Part shown: in pieces, positions 1 through 8,815 of the stretch
Numbering within the stretch: the first letter of the stretch is position 1
Layout: the number at the start of each line of letters is the position of its first letter
Assembly: GCA_001189075.1 (NCBI GenBank)
Contig: LFCN01000006.1
Coordinates: 588,866-652,865, forward strand
Source: Parcubacteria bacterium C7867-004
GTDB lineage: Bacteria > Patescibacteriota > Minisyncoccia > Phycocordibacterales > Phycocordibacteraceae
Length of the DNA stretch: 64,000 nucleotides
Direction: 5' to 3'
Made by a program: the position numbers and the translations under genes
The notes under the pieces: generated by a model
Databases searched by the model: none
Told to the model about the DNA's origin: nothing
What the model saw: the letters and a program-made list of their open reading frames with translations, nothing else

Positions 1-2171
1 AGGAGGTCGGGTACAACGCCCGTGCCCAGATACACATCATTGTATGTATGAAGGTAGCCGCCCTCATTCATCACGCCCGATACGATGACATCCATGGTGC
101 CGTCACCGTCGACCTCTACTGTGCGGGAACCGACCTCGACGGAGTTAGCAGAGAAAGGAGCATCGAGTTCTCTTCCAGGAGCTATAACCCATTCGGTTCC
201 GGTATTAAGATAAACGTCATTCTCAACCCAATGTGAAGATGGGGTGTTGTCTTCAAGCCAAGCTGCGAGGCCGATATCCACAAGGCCGTCGTTATTCAAA
301 TCTGCAAGACGTACCGAGGTGTCTCTACCGGGTGGTATAGGGACAGTCCACGTTGTGCTCGTCGCCCAGGTGCTTCCGGTGTTCATGTACACGATGTCAG
401 CCGGACCGTAAGACGAGTCGTGGCCACTGATTATGTCATCGAGCCCATCGGCATTCACATCGGCAATGCGTGCGCCCGTGTCGCTCTTTATCGCACTCGT
501 GAAGATGGTTGGAATTGTCCAGCCTGTATCGAGCGTCCATCCATGCCCATTGTTTATATAAACCTGCTTGGTAATTGTTACTGGCGGAGAATTTGGATTT
601 GTCTCATACGAGCGCACTATGTCGATCAGTCCGTCTCCGTTCAGGTCAGCGAATCGAGTACCGACATCCTTATAGCTATCGATGATGGTCACTGGATTAG
701 TCCATGCAGAACTTGTTGCCCAACCATTCCCTGTATTCAAAAGAACCGTTGAATTACAAATAAAGTCGGGCAAGGAGTCTCCGTTAACGTCTGTGACTCG
801 CGTACCCAGATCTCGTTGTGAGGAGGCGAATAATTCGGTAACGACGCACGGAGGAGCCCAGGTAGCGTTTTGGGTCCAACCGGAGCCGTTGTTGATGTAG
901 CCTATTTTTGTTGTACCCGAAACGTCCTTAAACGAACGTAGAATGTCAGTGAGAGCATCACCATTTACGTCTGCTAGCGTGATCCCGTAGTAATCGTATT
1001 CGTCATTAACAAACGGGGTCGGTGCGGTAACGGCCGACTCGGTCCATTCAGACGTCGAAGTTGCGTAGCTGAACGTGGTCGGAAGGAATGCAGCCGTCGT
1101 GCTCGCTTCATCGCGGCCGGATTCCGTCACCGACGCAAGCATGAGACGGGAGCCGTTATCGCCATGCGTATACGAGAAGTCATAGCTGCGAACCCAGCCC
1201 CCGTTAACGCTCGTCTTGACCTGGCTTATCTTGTAGCGCGTCTTCACGCCGAACCCAGACTTGGTGGTCGTAGCCGTTGAGGTAGCCCGTAGGTCTTTTG
1301 TGAAATCGACTGCGAAGATGCCGCCAGTGCCGTTGGTGCCGGTGTAGTTGATGGAAGCTGGATAAACCTGCCCTAGATCCTTTGAATAGGTGTAATTAAC
1401 GGTATTGCCGTTCGTATCCTTCGTTTCCTCGAGGTACCACCGATACGCTTTCGAGGAGTCAGACGGATTATCCTGCCGGGACCCTGCCGCAGTCCCATAC
1501 TTATAGGTCATCCCGTTCTTATCGGTAACGATCCACGCATTGCTTGCAAACGCGTATTCCATATAGGAACCGTCGTCGCTTCGGGAGTAAAAGACAGCCG
1601 CGTTCGAGGTCGTCGCGAGCTCGCCCGAAAGCGAGGAATAGAAATGCGGAGAGGTTGTGCTGTATAGATCCTCGAGGCCTTCGACGTTATACCGCTCGAT
1701 ATAGGGGATGGAGATGTCCCAACCGTACCCGAAAGGACTTCCCTCATCCTTGGACTGGCTAGAGTATGAGAGCTTCAGGTTCGGTTCCATCCCGTTCCTT
1801 CCTGGGGGTACGGTGATCGGGTAGTCATAGGTGAAGGCCCCTGAAGCTGACGATTTGTCACTTCGTCCTTCATCTGCGCCCGAATCGCGCAGATAGTACG
1901 GAAGTTGCTCGTCTACCACTGCCGATAGGCTCATTGGACCCGATGGAACGATAGTCGGGGCCTTCATGCCGCCAGACGCATCCTGCTTCTCTCCTTTCTG
2001 CGGAGCCGGGACCTTGGTTGGCGACTGCGTTTTTACTTCCGGAGCGGCCTTCTGTGGAGAATCAGCTTTAGCAAAACTTGCGGTCGGAGATAGGACGAAT
2101 GAAAAAAGCAGCAAAGATGCTGCTCCTCTCCGCAGGATTTTATCTACACCTTTTAGCCGTCTCAACTTCAT
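1..2171 (-). CDS. Secreted SpvB/TcB-N-terminal-domain + FG-GAP (integrin-alpha/VCBS-like) repeat protein; N-terminus present, C-terminus runs off the window edge (Tc-toxin/Rhs-like architecture)
   Basis: Open minus-strand frame with no stop inside the window, so the six-frame track misses it. ATG at 2171-2169, then a signal peptide MKLRRLKGVDKILRRGAASLLLFSFVL. The segment SGAFTYDYPITVPPGRNGMEPNLKLSYSSQ...GYGWDISIPYIER matches the conserved SpvB/TcB N-terminal signature (SYSIPIxVxPGRGGxxPxLxLSY...GxGWxLSxP). It is followed by repeated DxNGDGLxDI / VDGDGTMDV FG-GAP-like units. Confidence 0.7.
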   Translation of the reverse strand, partial: MKLRRLKGVDKILRRGAASLLLFSFVLSPTASFAKADSPQKAAPEVKTQSPTKVPAPQKGEKQDASGGMKAPTIVPSGPMSLSAVVDEQLPYYLRDSGADEGRSDKSSASGAFTYDYPITVPPGRNGMEPNLKLSYSSQSKDEGSPFGYGWDISIPYIERYNVEGLEDLYSTTSPHFYSSLSGELATTSNAAVFYSRSDDGSYMEYAFASNAWIVTDKNGMTYKYGTAAGSRQDNPSDSSKAYRWYLEETKDTNGNTVNYTYSKDLGQVYPASINYTGTNGTGGIFAVDFTKDLRATSTATTTKSGFGVKTRYKISQVKTSVNGGWVRSYDFSYTHGDNGSRLMLASVTESGRDEASTTAAFLPTTFSYATSTSEWTESAVTAPTPFVNDEYDYYGITLADVNGDALTDILRSFKDVSGTTKIGYINNGSGWTQNATWAPPCVVTELFASSQRDLGTRVTDVNGDSLPDFICNSTVLLNTGNGWATSSAWTNPVTIIDSYKDVGTRFADLNGDGLIDIVRSYETNPNSPPVTITKQVYINNGHGWTLDTGWTIPTIFTSAIKSDTGARIADVNADGLDDIISGHDSSYGPADIVYMNTGSTWATSTTWTVPIPPGRDTSVRLADLNNDGLVDIGLAAWLEDNTPSSHWVENDVYLNTGTEWVIAPGRELDAPFSANSVEVGSRTVEVDGDGTMDVIVSGVMNEGGYLHTYNDVYLGTGVVPDL

Positions 2172-2226
2172 GAAACTACCCTCAACCTAGCACCTTGCGT
2201 ATAGATCCCCTTCCATGGCCTGTTGA

Positions 2227-2253
2227 TAACCCTAGAAAACCGCCCTCTGGCGG
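2227..2253 (-). terminator. Rho-independent terminator for the 2278-2562 gene (hairpin CCGCC-n4-GGCGG followed by a T-tract on the minus strand)
   Basis: Reverse complement reads ccgccagagggcgg ttttctagggtt, 24 nt after the stop at 2278. Confidence 0.4.
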
Positions 2254-2277
2254 CTTCTGCGTTTATTTGTTGCGGCT

Positions 2278-2562
2278 CTAAGTCTTGCCAAGGGCACTAA
2301 ATCTGATTTTTCCAGCAAGAATACCCTCTCCACTAGGCCTGTTTGTTGGTCCTGGAAGTTCTTGCTCTACGGGAGGCGGCAAGATAATGATGATAAAAAT
2401 AGGAGTTGCCAACAGGAACGACACGTAAACCCACTTGAGAAGCTTCCTTTTGTGTGGTCCTGCGCTCATGGGTCTAGTGTAGCCTAATACTTTCTCTGCG
2501 AAAATGAGCTTGGCTGTTTTGGGAATAACCTCTTCTGTTTTGAAGAAGCCGTCTAACCACAT
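2278..2562 (-). CDS. Hypothetical small membrane protein (94 aa)
   Basis: ORF with a hydrophobic stretch (VYVSFLLATPIFIIIIL). It has its own downstream terminator but no recognisable domain. Confidence 0.35.
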   Translation of the reverse strand: MWLDGFFKTEEVIPKTAKLIFAEKVLGYTRPMSAGPHKRKLLKWVYVSFLLATPIFIIIILPPPVEQELPGPTNRPSGEGILAGKIRFSALGKT

Positions 2563-2812
2563 CTACCGCTCTATGCTCTTCCGTTCTGAATGAGAACATC
2601 CGGAAATAGACCGAGGATGCCACTGAACTGCAATTCGCTCTTAATGAGTGGCCAGTTTGCTACTCTAAACTTCTCTAGCAAGAGTTCTGAACTTGTCCAC
2701 GAGGGGGAGCAAATGAAAACGGCGCCTTTCTGGCGCCGCACTCTTGGCCACAAGACCGACACTTTTTGAAAATGTGCTATGTTGTCCTCGAACCTGAACT
2801 GGGAGCAGTACG

Positions 2813-3109
2813 ATGAAAGTACGGTCTGTCCGAATCTTCAACCAAGACGGGACTGAGAGCATACCTGCTCTTCTCATTCCCGCTGAGGAATACGCGATCG
2901 TCGTGGAAGCCCACCCGAATGATCACGGTCGGCGTTTCCCCCTGAATGGCCGGAGTCGCCTGTACTTCTTGGGCGGACTGAAGACCGAACCGCTTGAGGA
3001 ATTCGATCTTTCCGACGAAATGGCCCAGTGCGCGGCGGAATACGTTCGCGCCGTGCAAGCGCTCGAGTTCCTCGCGAGCCCTATGAATGGCTGGTTGCCC
3101 GAGCCTTGA
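2813..3109 (+). CDS. Hypothetical protein (98 aa)
   Basis: ORF with protein-like composition; no recognisable motif. Confidence 0.35.
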   Translation: MKVRSVRIFNQDGTESIPALLIPAEEYAIVVEAHPNDHGRRFPLNGRSRLYFLGGLKTEPLEEFDLSDEMAQCAAEYVRAVQALEFLASPMNGWLPEP

Positions 3110-3138
3110 ACCGTCTCTAACTATGAGACGGTTTTCTT

Positions 3139-3468
3139 TTACGCCTTCCCACTCAGCTTCTCTAGAGCCCTCGCCTTGTACCCCTCGGCCACGCGACGTA
3201 CAATCTCGCTCCTGACCTCCGTATTCACGAGCGCCTGCGGGTACCCTGCAGGGATATCAGTTTCCGAGGCCGTAAGAGCGTCCAGCCTCTTCTCAACCAT
3301 CGACTCAATGCTTTCTCCGCTGAATGCGGGATCCTCGAATATGCGGTCGTCACTGAGCCGGCCAGCGAAATAGTTCAGCATCGGCTGCATTCCAGGATCG
3401 TTTAGAACGCTCCCTTCCCCTGCCTCTGAAACTCCTTCCACTGCAGCTCGTCGTTCAGGATTTCCCAT
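3139..3468 (-). CDS. Hypothetical protein (109 aa)
   Basis: ORF with an ATG start; no recognisable motif. Confidence 0.35.
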   Translation of the reverse strand: MGNPERRAAVEGVSEAGEGSVLNDPGMQPMLNYFAGRLSDDRIFEDPAFSGESIESMVEKRLDALTASETDIPAGYPQALVNTEVRSEIVRRVAEGYKARALEKLSGKA

Positions 3469-3580
3469 ACATAGTCATTTAGGTCTATGCCTGAAGTATG
3501 ACACCTTCATAAACCCTATCTGGGGATAAGCACCATAAGTGGCCGTATATTGACAAATTCAATATATTGTGCGACTTTTG

Positions 3581-3611
3581 AACAGCGCCTACATTCGGCG
3601 CTGTTCTTTTA
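3581..3611 (+). terminator. Hairpin (aacagcgcc-n7-ggcgctgtt) followed by CTTTTAA; terminator-like
   Basis: Perfect 9-bp inverted repeat with a downstream T-run on the + strand. A strong SD (AAGGAGG) and a 7-codon ORF (MTICQRIR) follow directly. Confidence 0.35.
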
Positions 3612-3769
3612 AGGAGGAAGTCACATGACTATCTGTCAACGTATAAGGTAGCCGCTCATTGCGCGCTGCATTCAGATTGAGAACAACTCTCTGGTGATGG
3701 GCGCGCACGCGTCTATCACAGTTGCAACCCCGACGAGCAAGGATTCGTCGACCCAACACGGAGAGTGTC

Positions 3770-4714
3770 ATGACCTACAACCAACGTTCCAACGTCCGTC
3801 CCCTGCCCTCGAGCATGCCGGAATTCATCCTGGTCAACATCGCTCGGTCGGCCTTCAAAGGCCAACTGCAGTGGAAAGCGACCTACCGGCTGTACGACAA
3901 CGGACGCGCCAGCGACGACATCGACGTCGTCGTGAACTTCAATTCCTACGTCTGGCCCCAGTCCGACCATGATGTCTGGTGGTGGGTGAAGCCTGTGAGC
4001 ATGGCGCCTCAACAGCGCCTGGTCTTCGCCGAAGCGGTTCAGCGCTTGGACACGCACGATGCACCGCTCACGGTGCGCACGCATGACCAACTCGTTCTCG
4101 ACTTCGTTTGGTCGGAGGATGAGAAGCGCTATGTCGCTCACCTTGATGGCTGGAAGGTCGTCTTCTCGAGTGATCACGTCGCGCGCGCCGAATCCTGGCG
4201 CGTCGAGGTGACTGACATCCGTCTTGCGACCGGGATTATCCTCACCCGGCCCATCGGACCCAGTCCGAAGGCCGTGTACCGGCCGCCGGCGAACGTCGGC
4301 TACCTCTCGCTGACCCCGCTCTACGAACCGGGCGGGACCATCGAGACTGATGCGCTCACGTACTCGAGCTGGTGCAACGATCGTCAAGGCGCAAGTCTTA
4401 CGGTCCATGTCGAGCATGAGGGCAAGATTCTCAGGCTCGAATGCACGCAGCTCAGGCTCCGGGGGAAACAACTCCTCGGATTCGTCAGCCATCCCGGCCG
4501 GTACCCATACCTCGCGGAGCTCGTGCTCCTTGAGGGCCAGCCGGTCGGACTTCCTGAGGCTCCATACTGTCCTCCTGCCACTCCCCCGCGGTTCAGGAGC
4601 AGGATGAGCTTCCGTGAGCAGAGCTTCTATGAAGCTGATGCGGAAGAGGACTACCGGGACTACCTCGCGGAGATCCGAGAAAACGAGGAGTGGCCCGTCT
4701 ACGATTGGGACTGA
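3770..4714 (+). CDS. Hypothetical protein (~314 aa; the track ORF begins at 3722, the ATG at 3770 has a GGAGAG SD)
   Basis: Long ORF with diverse, protein-like composition in a locally high-GC (~64%) segment. The overlapping minus-strand ORF 3716-4492 is Arg-rich and shadow-like. No motif recognised. Confidence 0.5.
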   Translation: MTYNQRSNVRPLPSSMPEFILVNIARSAFKGQLQWKATYRLYDNGRASDDIDVVVNFNSYVWPQSDHDVWWWVKPVSMAPQQRLVFAEAVQRLDTHDAPLTVRTHDQLVLDFVWSEDEKRYVAHLDGWKVVFSSDHVARAESWRVEVTDIRLATGIILTRPIGPSPKAVYRPPANVGYLSLTPLYEPGGTIETDALTYSSWCNDRQGASLTVHVEHEGKILRLECTQLRLRGKQLLGFVSHPGRYPYLAELVLLEGQPVGLPEAPYCPPATPPRFRSRMSFREQSFYEADAEEDYRDYLAEIRENEEWPVYDWD

Positions 4715-4920
4715 GAACAGTCCCTCGACACCACTGCGCCTGGCGGCAACGCCGGGCGCTTTCTTTTATCCATTGACCTCACAAAGCAGCTTCATGAAGC
4801 TCTGGAAGTAAGCTATTGAAAGCCTTTTAGTGCTCCGTAGATTGACTTATGCTAGATACTGTAATATGAATATGCCCATGCGGGGGGACTAATTCCGCCA
4901 CGCTAAACAGAGGGTTTGAA

Positions 4921-5121
4921 ATGACCAAGTTCTTAAAGATCGCCAAGAACGGCCTCGTGGCTGGCGCCCTGGCGCTGAGCATGACCGCCGTCCCGGCCGC
5001 CGCCGACCCGTTCACGCTCGACCCGCTGCCGGGCGACACGACCTGCTGGGTCCTGCAGCCCGACGGCACCGTCGCGCACGAGCAGTGCCCGCCGGAGGAG
5101 TTCCCGTTCGGCCCGTTCTAA
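4921..5121 (+). CDS. Small secreted peptide precursor (66 aa; signal peptide, ~38-aa mature part with 2 Cys)
   Basis: SD GAGGG 8 nt upstream of the ATG. N-terminus MTKFLKIAKNGLVAGALALSMTAVPAAA is signal-peptide-like (AxA cleavage site). Mature part DPFTLDPLPGDTTCWVLQPDGTVAHEQCPPEEFPFGPF. Confidence 0.5.
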   Translation: MTKFLKIAKNGLVAGALALSMTAVPAAADPFTLDPLPGDTTCWVLQPDGTVAHEQCPPEEFPFGPF

Positions 5122-5211
5122 GGACTGACGGCGACAACACAAACGAGCATGCATGCCATGCTCACGAGGGGTCCCGGAGCAATTCGGGGCCCTTTTGCGT
5201 TTTCTCTACGG

Positions 5212-7602
5212 TTACCCGAAGACCGCTTGTACGATGCTCGAGAAGAATCCGCAGATAGCTGCGAGTATTCCCATGATCCAATCCCCTATAGATCCCGCTG
5301 TTTCTCCAACCGCTGCTACGAGCGAGTTCGGATTAAGTGCGAGCTTTTTCTCATTTTCTGCTGCACTTGTTTTGGTTGTAGGGTAAGCACCTGCTCCGGA
5401 CCCATCGATCGCCGAACCCGACTTCGGATGAAGATCGTATTTCTGATTCACTCGGTCGAAGAGCTTGAAAGCAGCTACCGGATCCGTGACCGTTTGGTTG
5501 TTTTCATAGGTGACGTCTCCCGCTCGTATGTAGCCGACAGCGATATTATTCGAAACCTTTACGCGGACCGGAAGCGGAGTACCTCCCTTAGCTGCTGGTA
5601 TGGAGATCCATGTCGCTCGCCCATTCGTAGTGCTGTTAACCACGGTGTTGTGGTCGACGAGTCCGTCCGCGATACCGTAGAGCGAGATGCCGTGCCAGTG
5701 CGAGGTTATCACGACATTGCCCGTAACCTTCATGTTCGTCACCAATCCGTCGAAGAGCGCGATTCCTTGCATCGCGGAATCGAACGGACGATTAACGTCC
5801 GTGCTCTCCTGGAACCAGTTGTCCTCGATGCGGATATTGTTGAAGACTGCCCCACCAAGCGCGAATATCTGCAGGCCGTCGTCATGGTTCGCGTCCCCGT
5901 CTTCCTGTCCCGCGTACTGATCGAAGAGCTTGTTATCCCGGACCGTGATATCGGAGCCGAGTGTCACGAATCCGTCCGCGGAGAAATTGCGAATGACGTT
6001 ACCTTCTACCAGTACCTTCGTCGAATTCGCCGAGGGAGTGAGGCCCTGCTTAATGACGCCGATCCCGCCGCGCATGTTCGTGAGCGAGTTATCAACGATC
6101 GCGACGCAGGTCGAGTTATGCGCCTGCATTCCCGAGGTTGCGGTCGATATCCAATCGGTTACCGTCCATCCCGCCGTGCTCTTGGTGGTGTACAGGTTCC
6201 CGTCACCTACCACCACGTTACTAACCTGATCCATCCACATCAGCAGCGATGTAACCGACTGTTTAGCCGTAAGCTCCGGTCCGGTAACGATGATCCTCGA
6301 GACCTTTTGCAGCGGCATGCTCTCGCCGATGGCACCTGATCGGAACTCGAACCACGTCCACGCGCTTCCGCTCGTGAGAAGCGGTGCGGTGCGGTCGGTT
6401 ACGGCGATCTTGCCGTGATATCCCGGAAGCAGGATGACGTGATCTCCTGGCTGGATCTTCTTGGTGAGGAGCGCGGTAGCGATTGACTTGTACGGCGCGT
6501 TACTCGCTCCGGTACCGGTATCCGATCCGTTAACCGGGTCTATGTATACTTCGCGCGCGTAGGTAGATGCCGGGGACTCGCAGCCAGTATAGACGGCATA
6601 GCGAGGAGGACCACCCGAACTTGGCGCAGGGTCCGGAGTCGGAGGAACAGGATCCGGGACGGGTACTGGAGTCGGATCAGGTACAGGAACAGGCGGTACT
6701 GGCAAAGGGACGGGATCCGGTACGGTAGGAACCGGATCGGGAGTCGGCACCGGCGCATCATCCGCAACCTCCGGCGGAACCTCTTGCGCAGAATCAACCG
6801 AAAGTCGTACGGTGTCGGTTATGGTCCCGAGCGCATTGCTACAGGTAAGCGAATATTTAACGCTTTCCGGTGACGTGACGTTAACCGAGCCGGAAAGCGC
6901 TCCACCGGTATCAAATCCTTTCGAGGTACAGGTATCGCTCAGTTCTGTCTTCCAGCTGAGCTTAACTGCGACATTCGGTTTCGTGTTGGATGGGGCGAGC
7001 TCTAGTTCTACTCTCGGCTTTCCGGATGTGGTGGGACGAGTGGGTGCCGCTGGGGTAGCGGGAGCCGATGCGGGAGTACTTGGCGTAGTGGGTGCGGTAA
7101 CAACAGTTGTCGGCTTCGACACGCTTCCCGATCCCCCTCCCGACGCACCGCTACCTGATCCCGAGGATGCTTTAGGCGCAGTAGCGACCGCAGGAGAGGT
7201 CGTCGCGAATGTATAGGTATAGGTGCGATCCTTGGGGGACACCTGCGGAATCAAGAGATCAATCGGCGAACTGCTAGCGGTGCGCATGCTCGCGAAGAAG
7301 CCGTTACCTCCTGCTTCCTCGACGTACAGTCCGACACCCGCAAGGACAATAATCGCGGTATAGAACGCTATGGAGAGCTTGAAGCCGGAGTTCCCTTTGC
7401 TTGCAGCCGATGACGATGCGCTCAATACCGAGTCAGTGATGCCGAACGCTGATTTGGAGGTCTTGAGTTTCTGGATGGCGAGCGCGCCATGGATGTCTTC
7501 AACCGTCCATTCGCTTCCCGAAAGTGCTTGGACAACCGCGTCATCCCCGGAGCCCTTCTTGAGTTCCTCTTGCACGCGTTCGATCAATTTCTGGTCAGCC
7601 AT
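5212..7602 (-). CDS. Membrane-anchored surface protein with an Ig-like domain, Pro/Thr-rich PVPxPDP linker and right-handed parallel beta-helix (pectate-lyase-like PbH1) repeats
   Basis: 796-aa ORF. One TM helix after a short cytoplasmic N-terminus (LSIAFYTAIIVLAGVGLYV). Linker PVPTPDPVPTVPDPVPLPVPPVPVPDPTPVPVPDPVPPTPDP. Recurrent NxxIxxN / GNVIRNFSADGFV / NNIRIEDNWF beta-helix repeat motifs. Hydrophobic C-terminus. The + ORF 5149-6339 is its antisense shadow. Confidence 0.7.
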   Translation of the reverse strand: MADQKLIERVQEELKKGSGDDAVVQALSGSEWTVEDIHGALAIQKLKTSKSAFGITDSVLSASSSAASKGNSGFKLSIAFYTAIIVLAGVGLYVEEAGGNGFFASMRTASSSPIDLLIPQVSPKDRTYTYTFATTSPAVATAPKASSGSGSGASGGGSGSVSKPTTVVTAPTTPSTPASAPATPAAPTRPTTSGKPRVELELAPSNTKPNVAVKLSWKTELSDTCTSKGFDTGGALSGSVNVTSPESVKYSLTCSNALGTITDTVRLSVDSAQEVPPEVADDAPVPTPDPVPTVPDPVPLPVPPVPVPDPTPVPVPDPVPPTPDPAPSSGGPPRYAVYTGCESPASTYAREVYIDPVNGSDTGTGASNAPYKSIATALLTKKIQPGDHVILLPGYHGKIAVTDRTAPLLTSGSAWTWFEFRSGAIGESMPLQKVSRIIVTGPELTAKQSVTSLLMWMDQVSNVVVGDGNLYTTKSTAGWTVTDWISTATSGMQAHNSTCVAIVDNSLTNMRGGIGVIKQGLTPSANSTKVLVEGNVIRNFSADGFVTLGSDITVRDNKLFDQYAGQEDGDANHDDGLQIFALGGAVFNNIRIEDNWFQESTDVNRPFDSAMQGIALFDGLVTNMKVTGNVVITSHWHGISLYGIADGLVDHNTVVNSTTNGRATWISIPAAKGGTPLPVRVKVSNNIAVGYIRAGDVTYENNQTVTDPVAAFKLFDRVNQKYDLHPKSGSAIDGSGAGAYPTTKTSAAENEKKLALNPNSLVAAVGETAGSIGDWIMGILAAICGFFSSIVQAVFG

Positions 7603-7934
7603 GGATACGGGATTAGGGTATTCAAACTATACCAGTAGTTTCGGGCCAAGAATTTGATACCCCCTCCCCTCGAGACTAATCCCACGGGCATATTCCCGAG
7701 CCAGATTGGCGGTTCTGTAGTATCGTTAGCACAATCACTAATAAATCGAACACGGTATGGGAAAGAACAGCCACGGCGTAAGCCCGAAGAAGATACGCAA
7801 ATCGCCTCCGAAGACCAAGAAGCGTCTTGCGATAAAGGCGGCGAGGAGGATCGCGGATAAGTAGCAGCACGAAAAGAAAGATCGCCCGGCTGTAGAGCTG
7901 GGCGATTTTGTTGGTTGTGGGAAGAGCGAATCGC

Positions 7935-8633
7935 TCAGACGAGGGCCAGGGCCCTTTGCCTCGAACGGATCATCCCACCAACGATGCCGAAGCCGACGAT
8001 CATCAGGGCCCAGGTGGCGGGCTCCGGGACCGTGGCCTCGCCGATCTGGAGACCGACGATGCCGTTCGGACCGACATCATCGCCGCCGACCACCGAGAAC
8101 GAGCTGAACTGGGCCATCCACAGGTTGGTGACGCCGCCCAGCTTCGTGAACTCCACGCCCGGGCCGTAGGTGATACCGGGGATCGGGCCGGTGAAGTAGC
8201 TCCACGGCAGCGCCACCTCGATGGTCCGGGGACCGTAGGCGATCTCGAAGCCGAGCGGCCCCGAGAAGCCGGGCCGGCCGAAGGACACGGCGTGGTTGTT
8301 GGTCAGGATGAACCCGAGATCAACCCCGTTGTCGTTCAGAGGATCGAGGTCGAAGTACACGTTCGCGAAGAGCGTGTCGACGGGCCCGCGCGACCTGAGC
8401 AGCAGATCCACGAAGCCTTCGCCACTGTAGGCGTAGACGTCGAAGACCGGGCCGTTGGTGTCGGCCGTGGGTGCACCGAAGTTGTGGACCGGGGCGAGCT
8501 CATTGAAGTGCGCCGTTACGGCCGGGAAGCCGTAAACGGGATCAATGGTGGCGTCGATGACGACCGCGCTCGCGGGAACCGCGAAGAGGAAGCCAGCGGA
8601 AAGCACGGCACTAACAAAGTGGGAGAAAGACAC
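7935..8633 (-). CDS. PEP-CTERM sorting-domain secreted protein (232 aa)
   Basis: GTG start with a GGAGG SD. Signal peptide SFSHFVSAVLSAGFLFAVPASA. C-terminal VPEPATWALMIVGFGIVGGMIRSRQRA is a canonical PEP-CTERM motif (PEP, TM helix, Arg cluster). Confidence 0.8.
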   Translation of the reverse strand: MSFSHFVSAVLSAGFLFAVPASAVVIDATIDPVYGFPAVTAHFNELAPVHNFGAPTADTNGPVFDVYAYSGEGFVDLLLRSRGPVDTLFANVYFDLDPLNDNGVDLGFILTNNHAVSFGRPGFSGPLGFEIAYGPRTIEVALPWSYFTGPIPGITYGPGVEFTKLGGVTNLWMAQFSSFSVVGGDDVGPNGIVGLQIGEATVPEPATWALMIVGFGIVGGMIRSRQRALALV

Positions 8634-8752
8634 TGCAGGCCTCCATGTTCTATGGGCTATCCGCGGAATGCGGACAGATCGATACTATCGAAGATCAGCG
8701 AGTACGGCTTATTTATATCGTAATTCACGGTTTTTTCAATAGTTCAAAACGT

Positions 8753-8790
8753 ATAAAGAAAAAGACGCACCCCGGAGGATACGTCTTGTG
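8753..8790 (-). terminator. Rho-independent terminator after the second PEP-CTERM gene
   Basis: Reverse complement reads agacgtatcctccggggtgcgtct followed by TTTTCTTTATACG. Confidence 0.45.
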
Positions 8791-8815
8791 TCGTGGTGTC
8801 CGGCGAATGCCGGAC

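Noticed and set aside
3716-4492. 258-aa minus-strand ORF overlapping the 3770-4714 gene
   Set aside because: Arg-rich, low-complexity translation. The + strand frame is more protein-like and has an SD.
5149-6339. 396-aa + strand ORF
   Set aside because: Antisense to the beta-helix surface protein gene, which has coherent domain structure. The + frame is Arg/Val-rich junk.
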